Positions 24,224-37,419 of a stretch of DNA of 64,000 nt are shown in pieces. The translations under genes and the position numbers were made by a program. The notes under the pieces are model-generated. The model searched no databases. It was not told the DNA's origin and saw only the letters and a program-made list of their open reading frames with translations. This DNA comes from Yuukianura sp. NJ FZ-2021 (taxonomy: Eukaryota): the NCBI GenBank assembly GCA_046563655.1, contig CM102289.1:6634001-6698000 (forward strand), written 5' to 3'. The number at the start of each line of letters is the position of its first letter. The stretch's first letter is position 1.

Positions 24224-25928
24224 ATGTCAAAACCACAAAAGCTGAATTTTTATTTTAAATTGTTTATTTCCCTTACTTTGTTGTTGTTTCAAATTTCTCA
24301 GGTCTCAAGCCGTAAGTGTTCTGACTTAATCTTCCTAAATCGTTGCAAAACAAATTAATTACATAGTAAAAACTATTACACTTTTTTTGTTGTCTGAATT
24401 TTTTAATTAAAGAGGAGCCAACGACACGATGCGCATCTACATGCCCAATTTGCAAGGAAATCTGCAATGAAATTGGAGGTGCTGGCTACAAGTGTGGAGT
24501 TGTTAGAATAGGTGGACCTGTGAGCTTTTGCAACTGTGTAACAGGCGAAACTCTTACTCCTGTTGAACCATGGTAAGGTCAAAGGTCAAGGTCACCTTGA
24601 AGGTCCATGATCTAACTTTTTGTAATGGTAATATTTAGCAAAGAAGAATCGGATGGTGGATCAACTACGGAACAGCCTACAACTGAACCTCCAGCCATGG
24701 CACCAACTACAACTGAACAGTCAGAGGATTCAACAACTTTGCAACCGGATGGCGGTGCAGTAACTGCAGTAACCGAGCAACCGCCTGGTTCCACAACTGA
24801 GCAGCAAGGAGTACGCCCAGGTATTAGTTAAGCAATAAACGCTGACAGCAGTGGAATAAACGCTTTTTTCCAAAAAAGTTTCATATTTTTTCAAAATTAA
24901 TTCTCGTACATTATACTGAAATCCCAGCAGTAGCGACCTCAGGATGCGCAAGTTCCTGTCCCAATTGCAAGGAAATCTGCAATGAAATTGGAGGTTCTGG
25001 CTACAAGTGTGGAGTGGTAAGAATAGGCGGACCTGTGAGCCATTGCAATTGTGTGACAGGCGACACTCTTACTCCTGTTGAACCATGGTAAGGTCAAAGG
25101 TCAAGGTCACTTTGAAGGTCCATGATCAAACATTTTTTTAATTGCAATATTTAGTAAAGAAGAATCGGTTGGTGGATCAACTAGCGAACAAGCTACAACT
25201 GAACCGCCTACCATGGCACCAGTCATGGAACCAATTGTAACTGAACAGTCAGAGGCTTCAGCAACTTTACAACCGGACGGTAGTGCAGCAACCGAGCAAC
25301 CGCTGCTGCTTGGTTCTGCAACTGAACAAAAAGGAACACCGCCAGGTATTTGTTCAGCAATAAACGCTGACAGCAACAAAGAAACAATTTTTTATTCCAA
25401 AACGCTTTTTAACGAGTTTCATACAAGTTTTTGAAAATAATTATCCTCCGTTAACAAAATCGCAGCATTACCGGCTTCAGCATGCGCAAGTTCCTGTCCC
25501 AACTGCAAGTCAATCTGCGATGAAATCGGGGCTGCTGGTTACAAGTGTGCGCTGGAAGTAATTGGTGGACCCGTCAAAAATTGCCAGTGTGTCACAGGAG
25601 ACAATCCTACTTTTATTCCACCATGGTAAGGTCAAAGGTCAAAGATTAGAAGACAATGGCCGTTTGGAGTACTTTTAAGTCATTTTCAATTTACTTTAGC
25701 AAAAAGCAACCCACCACAGCAGTGCCTGTAACGGAACCACCGACGATGGAGCCAACAACAAGGCCACCCTCAACCACTTCAACAACAAGCCCACCCACAA
25801 CCATTTCATCAACTTTGAAACCCTCAAAAGTTGATCGCTGCAGCAGCGCAACTTCGGTGCACCTAAAAGCGACATCTCTCGGAGCATTTGTGTTTGGCTT
25901 TTTAGTTCTGGCCAACTTCCTGTGCTAA
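24224..25928 (+). CDS. Secreted, probably GPI-anchored protein with three tandem 8-Cys modules separated by Pro/Thr/Glu-rich stalks
   Basis: Signal exon, then three exon pairs of CASxCPxCKxICxEIGxxGYKC...CxC...PC plus a mucin-like exon; ends ATSLGAFVFGFLVLANFLC-stop. Confidence 0.8.
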
Positions 25929-26219
25929 TACCGTAAATCTCCAAAGCATGAGGCCGAACTATTTTACCACTTTTTACACTAATAAGAGCTAACAATTTTT
26001 CTTAGTCTCAAGCATGTTAACAACATACACGCACTCAAGAATAAATTCGTCTAAAAAGGAGGGTTCTCAGAATTTCTAATCTGAAAAAGCACACAGACCG
26101 GAAATGAAAGATCTCTTGGAGTCACAGTTCTTTGTTAGACTTTACAAGAAAATTGTTGGCTTTTGCAGATTTTTGGTTCAACTTAAACCTCTTTTATGTG
26201 AAGATCCTAACATAGAACA

Positions 26220-26993
26220 ATGAGAACGATTCGCCTTCGGTATGCAATTGTGCTCAAGAAATTGGTTTTCTCAATTGTTTTACTCCTGTTTCTCTGCGTA
26301 TTTGTTTTTCGAAAAAATAGATATTCAGATACATTTACAACAATTGCTCAAGGCGTTGAACCGAAACTGGTATGGGAGTTTGTAGCGGATTTTACAAATC
26401 AACAACGTATCAATCCAGCCATGTAAGTCTAAGCGTGAACGTTTTTTTTTTCAATTAAAAAACATTTTTTTTTCAGATTGGATTTTGAAATTGAAAGTGA
26501 AAAAGGAAATTATGAGAATTGGGAATACACTGTATCCTACCGAGAATTTTCCATGACGTTCCCACTTATCCAGTACGAAAACCGGGTAACATTTAAAGTG
26601 TTACCACAAACCAGTAGAACTGGAATTTCGCAACATTTGACTCAACCTTACCGAATTTTATTCGAAGTCAACACTTGCACGCTCGGTTTTTGCTGTAAGT
26701 CTTATTTACTTCAAACTTGAAAAAAAACTAAAAAATGTGTTTCACTTTACGGCTATATTTTGAAAGCGATAAATGAAGAAGTCGTTCTAGTTTCAATATT
26801 TTTGCTTTTTGCAGTGAAAACCAATGCAGAAATGAAATTTACAAAAGGCGATTCAGGAAAATCAACCAAAATTTCCGAATCGGTTGAATTTGATTGTCCT
26901 CCGATTTTGTCTCTCCTGTGTTACAGAGACTTGCGAGCCCAAAGAGCAACGACTTACGAAAATATAATCAACTCCATAGACATTATGGAATAA
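26220..26993 (+). CDS. SRPBCC/START-like (polyketide cyclase/dehydrase-fold) protein with N-terminal membrane anchor, 3 exons
   Basis: TM segment followed by TIAQGVEPKLVWEFVADFTNQQRINP, which fits the SRPBCC N-terminal pattern. Confidence 0.6.
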
Positions 26994-27380
26994 TAGAATT
27001 TAGAACCTTAACCAGATTAGGTTAGATTAAAAACTTAACTTGAAATACTTGAATTTTCAATTGCTGACGAAAACTAAACTATTAATTCAGGCTTGCTTTG
27101 ACCTAATTCCACGTCAATTTTTTCTTGTGAAAATACAGCTTGCAGCCCCAAACTTAAAGTTTGTTAAGAATTTGTGTCTACAATAAAAATCAAGAACCAC
27201 CCTCAACTGCCATTGTGTTTTCCTTGCCCATGTGCCAATTTTCGGATAAGTGACGGAATCATGTCTGCCACTACGTGACTTATACTTTAGCAAACCAAGG
27301 TTTTAGTTCAGTCATAACTTTTTTGAAGTTGAAAACTTAGAAGCAAAGTAGAACCAAGACACAAGTTTTGATACCAAAAA

Positions 27381-27778
27381 ATGAGGTAAAGCAAAAATTC
27401 TTATTTTTCATAATTTGAAACTTTTTTCTTTAATGATACTTTTTTTCATTTTCTAGAGTTACGTTCGTTTTGGTGTGTCTAATTCTCGGAATCGCTTGGA
27501 ATGAGCACCAGGTCATGGGAGCTCCAATGGAACCAAGTGACACTGACATCCAAATGCATGTTCCTGACAAGGATGCTGACGATTTGGCATCACTGATTCA
27601 GGGGAACAGTGCTTTGAGGAAGATGGGAGGTCGAGATCACATTACGAATCAACCTTGCAACAACGCCAACGAATGTCACCATGTATGCAAGATTGATATG
27701 CCACGGTGCATGGTTGTCGCCTGCGGGGGAGAATCCATTGCAAGAGTTTGCAAATGCAGTGCATGCTCCAACAGTTAA
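27381..27778 (+). CDS. Prepro-defensin-like cysteine-rich secreted peptide
   Basis: ATG AG|gt microexon; signal peptide, acidic propeptide, RK/R sites, then an 8-Cys domain with CxxxC (CHHVC) and CxC (CKC). Confidence 0.7.
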
Positions 27779-27951
27779 TTTGTACTACAGGCTTGATTGA
27801 TTTCAAAAATAAGGAAATACAAAACAGTAGTTGCTTGCAAAATTTTTAGTTTAGTTTGGTCATTTAAAAAGAATAAATCAAATTCGGACTTTAGAGGTGT
27901 ATATTTTATTTAAAATCGTGTTTCTATAAAAACGAATTATAATTCATTCGT

Positions 27952-30900
27952 TTACATTCTCAGTTTCTGCTCAATTAGTTTAAAAGCAAGAAATCCACCA
28001 TAACCTGGCTGTGCTTTGTGAATGAGCCCAATTCCTCTTAATGGTGACGGTTCAGAGGCAATGAGACGCTGGGAATCAAAGTAAGGAATTGTGGATTGGG
28101 CAGCATCTTTTTCCAGTGACGTTCCACGAAATGCAACATACATGTTGCTAAGAGAGTCCGGAAGTGCCGCTGATTGGCCAAAAACAGGATCATCAGGTCC
28201 ATTCGGTTCTTCGCCATATTGGTAAACGCGTCGTGAAATCGTGCTGTTGGCATTCCGAAGGTAAACTCCACTACCTTGCACGATTCCGGCCGAAGTGGTC
28301 TGATGTGTCTATTGACAAAAGTAAGACAAAATGAATTTTTGAACAAAGAATATAAAATTTTAAAATGAAGGGATTAGTAGAAACTTACTAAGAGTTCTAT
28401 TCCAATGTAGTTGTAGGTTACAGACCCTGCATAAGTCTCAGTATAAAATCTGACTGCTGTCACAACTCGATCCAGGTCATTGGCCACGATGTCGTCGAGG
28501 TTCAACGATCGCAAGTCCATGTTGAGTCGAGCTACATAGCGTTTTTCAGTTTCGTACTTTGGGTATATCCAAGTCACGGTGGACTGATTTACTTTTGAGC
28601 TGTCACCCGGAAGGAGTTCGGCTTCGGCGATAGCAATATGAATTTGATCACGGATTCGGTGAAACTTGATACCGACAACGACACGGTTTAGTTTGAAATT
28701 GGACCGAATCGAGCGCAAACTAAAGTAGCGTGTTGTCGTGCTGCCCAGAAGTCGATCCAGCGGTTCGAAACAGTAACAGAGACAAATTTCACAAAAATGC
28801 GGAGTGTCAACTAGCACGTCTTCTTCCATTCTCCAACCTCCGCGCCAAATTTCAAGCTCTTCTGAGCACGTTGTTTGGTTTCCTAAAATTTTTTGAAAAA
28901 AAATAGCAATAATCTGGTTTCTTGGTGTTAAATTTTATAAATTTTGATGCTCCTTACGTGGTCCAAAATGGTACTCCTCATCTTTGTCATGACCTTCGAT
29001 GTACTCGTACAAGCGATCAAATCTTTTAGATGGACAAGCAGAAACGAGTCCTGTTGAATTTTGGCACTGTTGGGACACGTTTTTGAAAAAGTTAATTTTT
29101 TTGAAAATATTTTTTGAAAAGTTTAGATCTATTACCAAGTAATTTCCTACTGGACAGACAGGATTGAAACTCTCACAGCGATCGTCTCTCAAGCACTCCC
29201 GTTCTCGTTCCTGCTTACAGTCCATTTCGTGTGGTTTGCATACGCTGTAAGTTGGGTCAAGTAAGTCACATGTGACTCGGCAAGTTCCGGATTTATGAAG
29301 TGCCGTTTCAGGAGAAACGAAAACTTTAATAAAATTTGTAAGTTTTTCATAAGAAAATCCATAAGTATGATTCCGTTGTGGGTTGTTTGAATCAACTGGA
29401 GGTGGATCACATTTAGTTATTCCTGGGTGTATGTTGTAAGTTGCGCCTCCGTTGATCAATTCTGCTCCAAGCGCATGATCAAACAGTTCAACTTTTTTGC
29501 GAATACGAACTTCAAGTTGAGCCATCAAGTTCGTCTGGTTTGTAAATGGAACTTGGACTTAAAATTCAAAGAATTTACAATATTTTACTTAAGCTAATTC
29601 TAGTTTTTTATTGACTGTCAGTTTTTTGAAGCACTTACACCAAATTTTGTTGTAAAGATTCATCAAGTTTTGAATAACAAAGTGCTTGACGTCTACGAGA
29701 CAATAGTAGAACAGGAGGTAAAATGGAACGTCGTTTCCGTTTGGTTCTAAGAAAATATGTTCTTGCCCAGGTCCACAAGAATTTGGGTGAAATAATTGTT
29801 GGCTCAAAATAGTTGGCTTTTTTAAATAAAAGAAACGATTTTTAAGTTTTTGATTTTCTTTCCCACAAAAACACATGCAAATTAACCTTTGTAGCCATAA
29901 GTTTTTTGAGCCCGGCAAAAACATCAATTCCATCTTCTAGAAACATCAAATTGTAAGCAGTTTCTGGAATATCGGCGTATGGAACAGTCACATCTAAAAA
30001 GGACGTCAACTTTTGTCTGAATTTGATTTTAACATTAGTGCAATACTAAATCCGATTTTTGCCTCACGTGACCCGGGCGTTTTAATTTTTGATTTCCAGA
30101 TGTAGGTCAGATAGGATTTGAACGAGTTTAAAATTTCCCGCATATTTTGACCACCATGCTGTGAAAAAAAATTGTGGTGAAACCGTATCATTGTATTTCA
30201 GATCTACTAGCTGGTTTATCTTCTACATTAGCACATGACATTACTGTTTTTTTTATACAGCAGCGACTTGATATGTAGATCAAAGCTAAGAAATACAACT
30301 AACCTAACTAACCTTTTATTAGTTTAGTTAGCTTATGTTAAACCCAACGTGCTGGATGACACTTACCAAAATGTCTTTAATGCGTTTGTTGTAAAATCTT
30401 TCCATTTGACTTGCAGCAGAACTTATTTCAATCCATCTCAGTTTGATATTTCGAAACGGATCGTTTTTTCCATCGCGACTCATCTGCTGAATTTCTTCGC
30501 TAAAAACAAAAAAAAATACGTATTTTGGTGTTTTTGATATTTTGGAAAAAGAATTTCACATACAAAGACTTGAAACCTAGAAGCGTGTCAAGGAGTTGTA
30601 CGGGTTTTCGTCTATAAAGTATGGACAAATCCAATTGTTTGATTGGAACATGCGTTTTAGCGAATCCTTGCAAAATTTTTGGCCAAATAAGCTTTTGAAT
30701 CAAAGTCAAATTGTTTTCGTCCTGTTGGGTTAACTTCAAAGAGATCAAAATGAATTCATCGAGTGTAAATTCAAAAATGACTAAAGAAAGGCGTAACAAA
30801 TTATACAAGTTTTCACCACAAGCGAAATTTCTTTACCGATTCAGTTAAATTCCATGCTGTTTGAGCTTCTTTAATAACCGCACGTACAATTTTGTAAATT

Positions 30901-31022
30901 TCCTGATACGAAGGAAATTCCGTGATGGAATCAACTGTAGTTACACTGAAAACATTTTGCGTAAAGGAAGTCAAAATAGCAAAAACTATTTTAATGTCGA
31001 CTAAGGTTTTAATAGAAACCAT
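27952..31022 (-). CDS. DUF4803-like secreted protein A (multi-exon)
   Basis: ITKCDP, GTCRVTC, FCEICLCYC, RYFSLR...SN...NRVVVGIKF, IPYFDSQ, PLRGIGLIHK..PGYGGFL, as recalled for the arthropod DUF4803 family. Confidence 0.75.
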
Positions 31023-31118
31023 TTTGAAATGAAACTGAAAACGACAATTGTATTGCACTTGAGTTTAATTGCAGTTAAATTTAACTGCTTGTTATATTCA
31101 ATTGAAATGAAAGTAAAT

Positions 31119-34100
31119 TTAATTAGGCATTATCTTCCATCCTAAAAATCCACCATAACCGGCTTTCACTTTATGGTAAATTCCAATCCCCTTCAGAGCC
31201 ACGCCCTTCGCAACTTTTTGTGAATCAAAGTAAGGAATCACAGCATTTGCATTCGTTTTAAGCAAAGTCGTGACTCTAAACGGAATGATTTGATTCACAG
31301 ATGAGTCTGGAATTGCTGGTCCTTCGGCTTGTGTCGGTTCGTCTGGAGCGGCATACCGGTAAACCGATTTTGGATCGGGAGAGTCGGTAACAATCCATTG
31401 AGTTTCGCTAAGATTTAACTTTCCGTTAATTGGGTCGATCCCTGTAACCTATGAAACAAAAAAAAAGGCAGCTTCAACACAATTCTAAAATTGCTAATTT
31501 TCATGCAACCCATGCAATTCATTGTGAATGTACTTGAACTTTGACGCCGATGTATGGTCTGTAGTTAGGTGAAGTCGGAGTGCCGATGGCTGCCGAGTAG
31601 AACCGAACTCCAGTTACAACAAATCCTGTAGGTGCCAACCAATCATCAATTTGGATAACTCTGATATGGCGACCAATACGAATGACTTCATTGGGATTAT
31701 TTTCATCAGCACGAGTCGGCTGTCTCCAAATAGTAGTTGAATTGTCAATAACCATTCCAGGCTTAACCACTGCATCAGCGATCTGAAAAAAAATTGAACA
31801 AAACAAAAATTTTCGAAGTAACTTTTCAAAACAAAAAGGTTAAAAGCGTTTCAGTTTACCATGATATGAATCTGGTCATCAACTTTTTCAAATTTGATGC
31901 CAACGACGACACGATTAGCATCTACCAAAGCAAGAGCCTCCTTTTGACTAAATACGCGAACGGAATTTTTCACGCCGCGGATTTCAATTGGTTCCAGGCA
32001 TTGACATAAGCACACTTCGCACTCCTCGTTGTTCTTCGTCAGTGAAGACTTGTAGTTTAGTAATGGTTGAGAGCATGTTTGATTTTTTCCTTGAACAAGA
32101 AATAGAAAAGTTTTTTTAAAAAATTATTTAAAAAAAAATGGTTTGAAATATTTTCGAAAGAAATACCTTTCGGAAGAATTTCTGTGTTGTTAAACAGTAC
32201 CCACTCCATTGGTCTGTCAGGGGAAGTTGAAGGACAAACTTTAGCAGAAGTTGCCGATTTCCAGCACTAGAAGAAGAATTGATCAATTAGAAAGAATTTT
32301 TTAAAAATTTTAGAAAGTAAATTTGAAAGTTAGGTTTTTCTTTACGACTAAATCTGTCAACGGGCATATTGGTTTGAACAGCTCGCAAAATCTTGGAGTT
32401 GATTCGCACTCGGGATAAGTTTCGATTTCACATTCTTCGAAAGATTTTCGACACGGAGCGACATCTGCCTTACCAATCGTCTTGCATGTAGAATTACAAC
32501 TTCCACTTGGAGTCAAGTCGCGCTCCAAAACAACAAAATCCTGTTTTAAAAATTCCAAGAAATTTGAATCTTGTGTTTCAAAAGCTTTGATTTTGCACTT
32601 TATATACCGTGGCGAAGTTAGTGAGTCTGATAAATGTTTCCTTCTCTACATGCGCACGTTTGTTTTGACGTGGTTGGATTGGTGGTGGATCACACCGGAA
32701 GAATCCTTTAGTGAGTTTTAGTGTCGAATTTTGTTGTTGGTCGTAATCCCAAAACGACTTTGAAAATGCTTCCAGTTTGGCACGAATACTGGCTTGCAAG
32801 CGTGTATCAAATACTTCATAATTGTCATACATAATTTGTTCTAAAACACAACAAATTAAATTTTGAATGAAGTTTTTTAAAGTTTTTAACTTCTCGTACC
32901 ATAAGCTCCACGGTAAATGTGGAAAAAGTTTTTGAGGATGTAGAATTTGATGTCCACAAGGCAAAGGTAAAAGAAAACGTAAATTGGCGCATCTAAATGC
33001 ACAGGCTCTACCAGTTGAAAAGTTTGGTTTTTCAAACAAGCATCTCTGTGAACATATGAACCAGCTTTGCAAGGTTTCTAAAATAAAATATCTTTAGATT
33101 AAAAATATTTCCTTTCTGTGAAATTTTTATGGTACTTTCCAAAAACCTTCGGAAATTTGTTTATTTTTTCAAATTCCACTTACGCAATGTTCAATCATTT
33201 CTCTGAGGCCGTAAAATAAATCGCCTTTGCCTTTAATAGTGAAAGTCCGATTTTCAATCCATCTGGGGTAATCTCGCATTGGATACCTGTGAGCGTCACC
33301 TTAAAAAACACAGAAAGGTAAATGGTGTAAGAAAAATGAATTGTGTATTAAAATATTTAGTGAAAATTTGTGGTCAAAATTAAGTTAAAAGCATTAGTAG
33401 AACATAACAATTAGTATTTATCTGTTTTCTAACCAGTTCTGCCGGATAGCTTCGAGTACCACGGGTTTCCGTAGTATTTCGCCAATGAATTTGCAATTGT
33501 CTTGATATAAGGAACATTATTCTGAAAAAATTTAGTTTAGTACTAAATAGTTTAGTAACAAATAATAAATATGTAGTATAACTAATAACTAAAAATGCAA
33601 CCATCATATCACGAATGCGTTTGTTGAATAGCCAATGAATGTGGGTTGCCAACGAACTGACTTCAATCCACTTCACTTTCCAGTGTTTTAGTGGCTCCTC
33701 TGTTATTATATCGGAAACTTCTTGCAAGTTATCTCTGGTTCAAATTTTGTAGAGTTTTGTTAAAAAGTTAATTTTTATGTTACTTACTAATTTTTTGCAA
33801 TTAGTTTCTTACAATTCCTGAAGATCAAACAGTTTGCTCAACAGAGTACTAGGTTGAGATGAAATAATTTTTCTGTCTAGAGTTCGTATCAAATTTACTG
33901 CGACGGACAATGTCGCTTTGAGGTTGTTCCAGAAATATCGAATTGTATCAACGGCACTGGCATTAGTTTGGTGCATTGCGTATGTTATCTAGGTTTTTTC
34001 CAAACACGTTTTAACATTATTGAAATGAAAAATTGACTAAAAGTAGTAATTTGTTGAGTCATACGTGCGTGAGATTCCAAATGGACTTGAGTTGTACAAT

Positions 34101-34241
34101 TGACGTTTCTTCCACAACCAAGATGTCCTCTGGTTTAGTAAAAGAAGGTGGAGGCACAGCACCATCGACGAATTGACCAACATTGTAGTAACTTCCAAAA
34201 ACTAAAACAAGAAGAATTTTGACACTTTTCAAAACAGACAT
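31119..34241 (-). CDS. DUF4803-like secreted protein B (multi-exon)
   Basis: Paralogous motifs FFRCDP, GSCNSTC, VVTGVRF, IPYFDSQ, LKGIGIYHKVKAGYGGFLGW; signal peptide MSVLKSVKILLVLVFG. Confidence 0.75.
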
Positions 34242-34870
34242 TTTTTCGAAACAAAACCAAACTAAATTTGTGAATGTGAATGTTTTTTCTGAGCTAAACT
34301 TTCTTAAAATAATAAAAACAGAACAATTGCCAATCAAATTTTTATTTCCATTTTTTTAAAATTTATTACATAAGTCGAACTCCTGTCCTTTGAAAGCTCC
34401 TTGGAAGTTAAGCTTTTTCATATTTCCGAAAAAAAATTGTTCCTAAAGGTTATGTCAATTATTTTTTGCAATTGTTTTTTTTTTTATAAAATTAAAGAAC
34501 TCTTGTGTAATAAATTATCGAATGACTATGGAGATCACGAGGAGATCACATTTGACGTTCACAGCTGAAGGTTTTACAAAAACCTCAAATACACTTTTAA
34601 AACGAATTTTTGTGAAGTTCACATTCGCAAACACACATTAATCATAATCGGCACGTAAAACGTATATTAGCAGTAGTTCTAAACAACTTTCAAACGTTTG
34701 ATGCAGTCGAGAAACAAAATTCCGGAAAGAGACAAGAGAATTGTAAAATCAATCAACTGCTACTTCACTTATTTCAATTTTTCAGAAAGTATAAATACAG
34801 TTTTTTTATAATTCAAACTCAAATAAAACTCCAACTACAAAAAAATTCCCAATTAATCATTGAATAAAAC

Positions 34871-35941
34871 ATGGGAAAACTTACGTCCGGTCAAAAGACG
34901 TTTCTCGTTACGGCAGCACTTGTCCTTGCTTTTGCAGTAGTCATCGAATCCAAATGGGTAGAGAAGGGCAAATTCCGTGAGTGCAGGCAGATATACGATG
35001 TAATAAAGTTTCTTAGTTCCATTACTTTTTTCATGAAAAAATTGTATTACTTTTTCAGATCGATATAATTCACGTTGCTTTTTTAATCCAAGACATTCCT
35101 CGAGTAGAAGAACAAGGTGTACTATGATGACTTGTCGCTGTAATACGACTTTTTTCCAACGAACTCGCGAAACGTGCACAATCTACAATAACGATGAGTG
35201 CGGTAAGCTAAACTGAATTTAGGAGAACTTACAACTTTTTCGTTCTCGTTTTTGTAAAGAATTTGAAATATCAGATAATTCGAAAACCACTACACGCGCC
35301 CCAACTACAACTCGGGCCACTACACCTCGATTAACTACAACTCAGGCAACAACTACTCAACCAACTACAACTCAAGCAACTTCGACTCAGCCAACCACAA
35401 CTCAAGCCACTACGGCTCAGCCAACCACAACTCAAGCCACTACGGCTCAGCCAACCACAACTGAGGCAACTACTACGACCCAGGCGACTACAACTCAGGC
35501 AACCACAACTGAGGCAACTACGACCCAGGCGACTACAACTCAGGCAACCACAACTGAGGCAACTACGACCCAGGCAACTACAACTCAGGGCAACTACGAC
35601 CCAGGCAACTACAACTCAGGATACTACAACTCAGGCAACTACGACCCAGGCAACTACAACTCAGGATACTACAACTCAGGCAACCACAACTGAGGCAACT
35701 ACTACAACTCAGGCAACCACAAGTGAAGCAGCCACAACTGAGGCAACTACGACCCAGGCAACCACAACTGAGGCATCTACCACCCAGGCAACTACAACTC
35801 AAGATACTACAACTCAGGCAAGTACTACGGCGGCAACGACAGGTCCAGCCAACTACGACTGAGGCAACTACGACGCAAAGTCAGGCGACTACGACTCAGC
35901 CAACGGAAACAACAGCTTGTGAGAACTGCATTTTCGAATAA
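34871..35941 (+). CDS. Secreted Cys-domain plus long Thr-rich mucin-like protein, paralog 1 (two apparent frameshifts in the repeat)
   Basis: MGKLTSGQKTFLVTAA...SKWVEK | YNSRC...CTMMTCRC...RETCTIYNNDEC | TTTQA repeats...ETTACENCIFE-stop. Confidence 0.65.
35290..35910 (+). repeat. Coding 15-bp tandem repeat (ACTACAACTCAGGCA-like; TTTQA/TTTEA)
   Basis: Many degenerate pentapeptide units directly visible. Confidence 0.9.
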
Positions 35942-36739
35942 TGTTTTTTAGATTCAAATAAACACATGTTAGATACTCTTGAGCATTTTGTTATAACTTT
36001 GAACTTGAGCTTTTTAATATCAACAACCCACTTCCGAATGTTTAGAGCAATTTTGAAAAACATGAACCAAATTTTAACCAAAAATTAATAAAAGAGCAAT
36101 TATTTTTGTTTAGAACTGTTCTTGAAATTCCCCAAGATCAAACCACTTCGAGGTGGTTAAAGGCTCGAATTGTATTCGTTGCATTGGCGTTAGTTGTCTG
36201 GAGAGCTTTATTTCTAAAAGCAGTATTTAAAATTTTAGGTTGCCGCAACTTTTTTTTAATAACGTTTAGGTTTAGGCTTGTTTCAAAAAATAAATTTTGG
36301 TTTTCCATGATATTGGTGCTCCCAGATCATTGCTTTTAAGATTTTTATGGAAACATTTTAATAATGAATTCATCTGGCTTTCGAATGAATACGTAATCCT
36401 TCTATCTTTACGTCCATCCTTCACGTTCCAGACAAGCTGGAATCCTCCACCTAAGTTCAACTTGGACGAAATCACCGCACACTTTGATACTTTTATTTTT
36501 GGCCATCCTTATCCACCTCACTGTGATTCGGAAGAAGACCAACGTCTCCACCTGGATTGAAACCAAGATCCTTCCAATGGAATTCAGATGGAAAATAGAG
36601 ATTGAGGCATTGTGTAATTAAAACTAAGGTTCTATTTTTTCTAAAAGTGTAGGGTCAGGTCACTTGACTTAACCACAAAGTTCTGGAATAACCAATAAAT
36701 ATTTCTGGAGTCTCCGAGTAAATCAACAGAGTCTTTTTC

Positions 36740-36912
36740 CGATTTTTTTTTATTTCTACACTTTTCATTTTTTGGCCTTTACACTTTTTCGCCATTTCTT
36801 TCTTTCGCTTTTTCATTTCTGGCCTTTTCACCTCTGACCATTTCACTTCTGTGTTTAAATTGTTTGGCTTGTTTGGCTTTGGCTAAATTGTTTTAGCCTA
36901 TTCACCTGCGAC
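36740..36912. repeat. Degenerate pyrimidine-rich repeat related to the 22.8-kb element
   Basis: Shares ccttttcacctctgaccatttcacttctg and the terminal ttcacctgc-ac motif with 22870-22940. Confidence 0.45.
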
Positions 36913-37419
36913 AAAGTAAAATACCATTCGTCGAAGCTCAACAATTTCATACTTCTTTTTTAGTTTTGAAAATGAGAAAATTTTTGTCATTGGAATCAAT
37001 TACCTGAAATGCACGTAAATTAGTAAATTATGCTCACTAAATGACAAAGGAGGTCATGACTAATAAATAATATTTGACACTTAGCTTAACATGTTTTGAA
37101 AACCTCAAATACCCTTGAAAGCAGTCAAAAGTTTCCTTTTCAAAGCTTTGGTTACATCACAAACATCATTAATCATATACAACAACGTAAGTACAAGGAT
37201 GTAACCAATTAGAAACCAGACCTTAGTACAAATTACTCTAAAATACTGACATACAATTGGAAAGAATATTCCGGAAAAAAGACAAGAGAATTGCAAAATT
37301 AATCATTTTCGATTCCAGTACAACTCAATTGCATTAAAATTGTATAAATATTGTTTTTGGACCATTTGAAGTGAAATAAACTCGGAATTAGATGCCGCAA
37401 AAATTTTACAAAAACTAAA

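Noticed and set aside
35290..35910. Regular repeats as a possible CRISPR array
   Set aside because: No unique spacers; they are in-frame Thr-rich coding repeats in a eukaryotic gene.
36100..36620. Short ORFs between the secreted paralogs
   Set aside because: No start, splice structure or motif that I can support.
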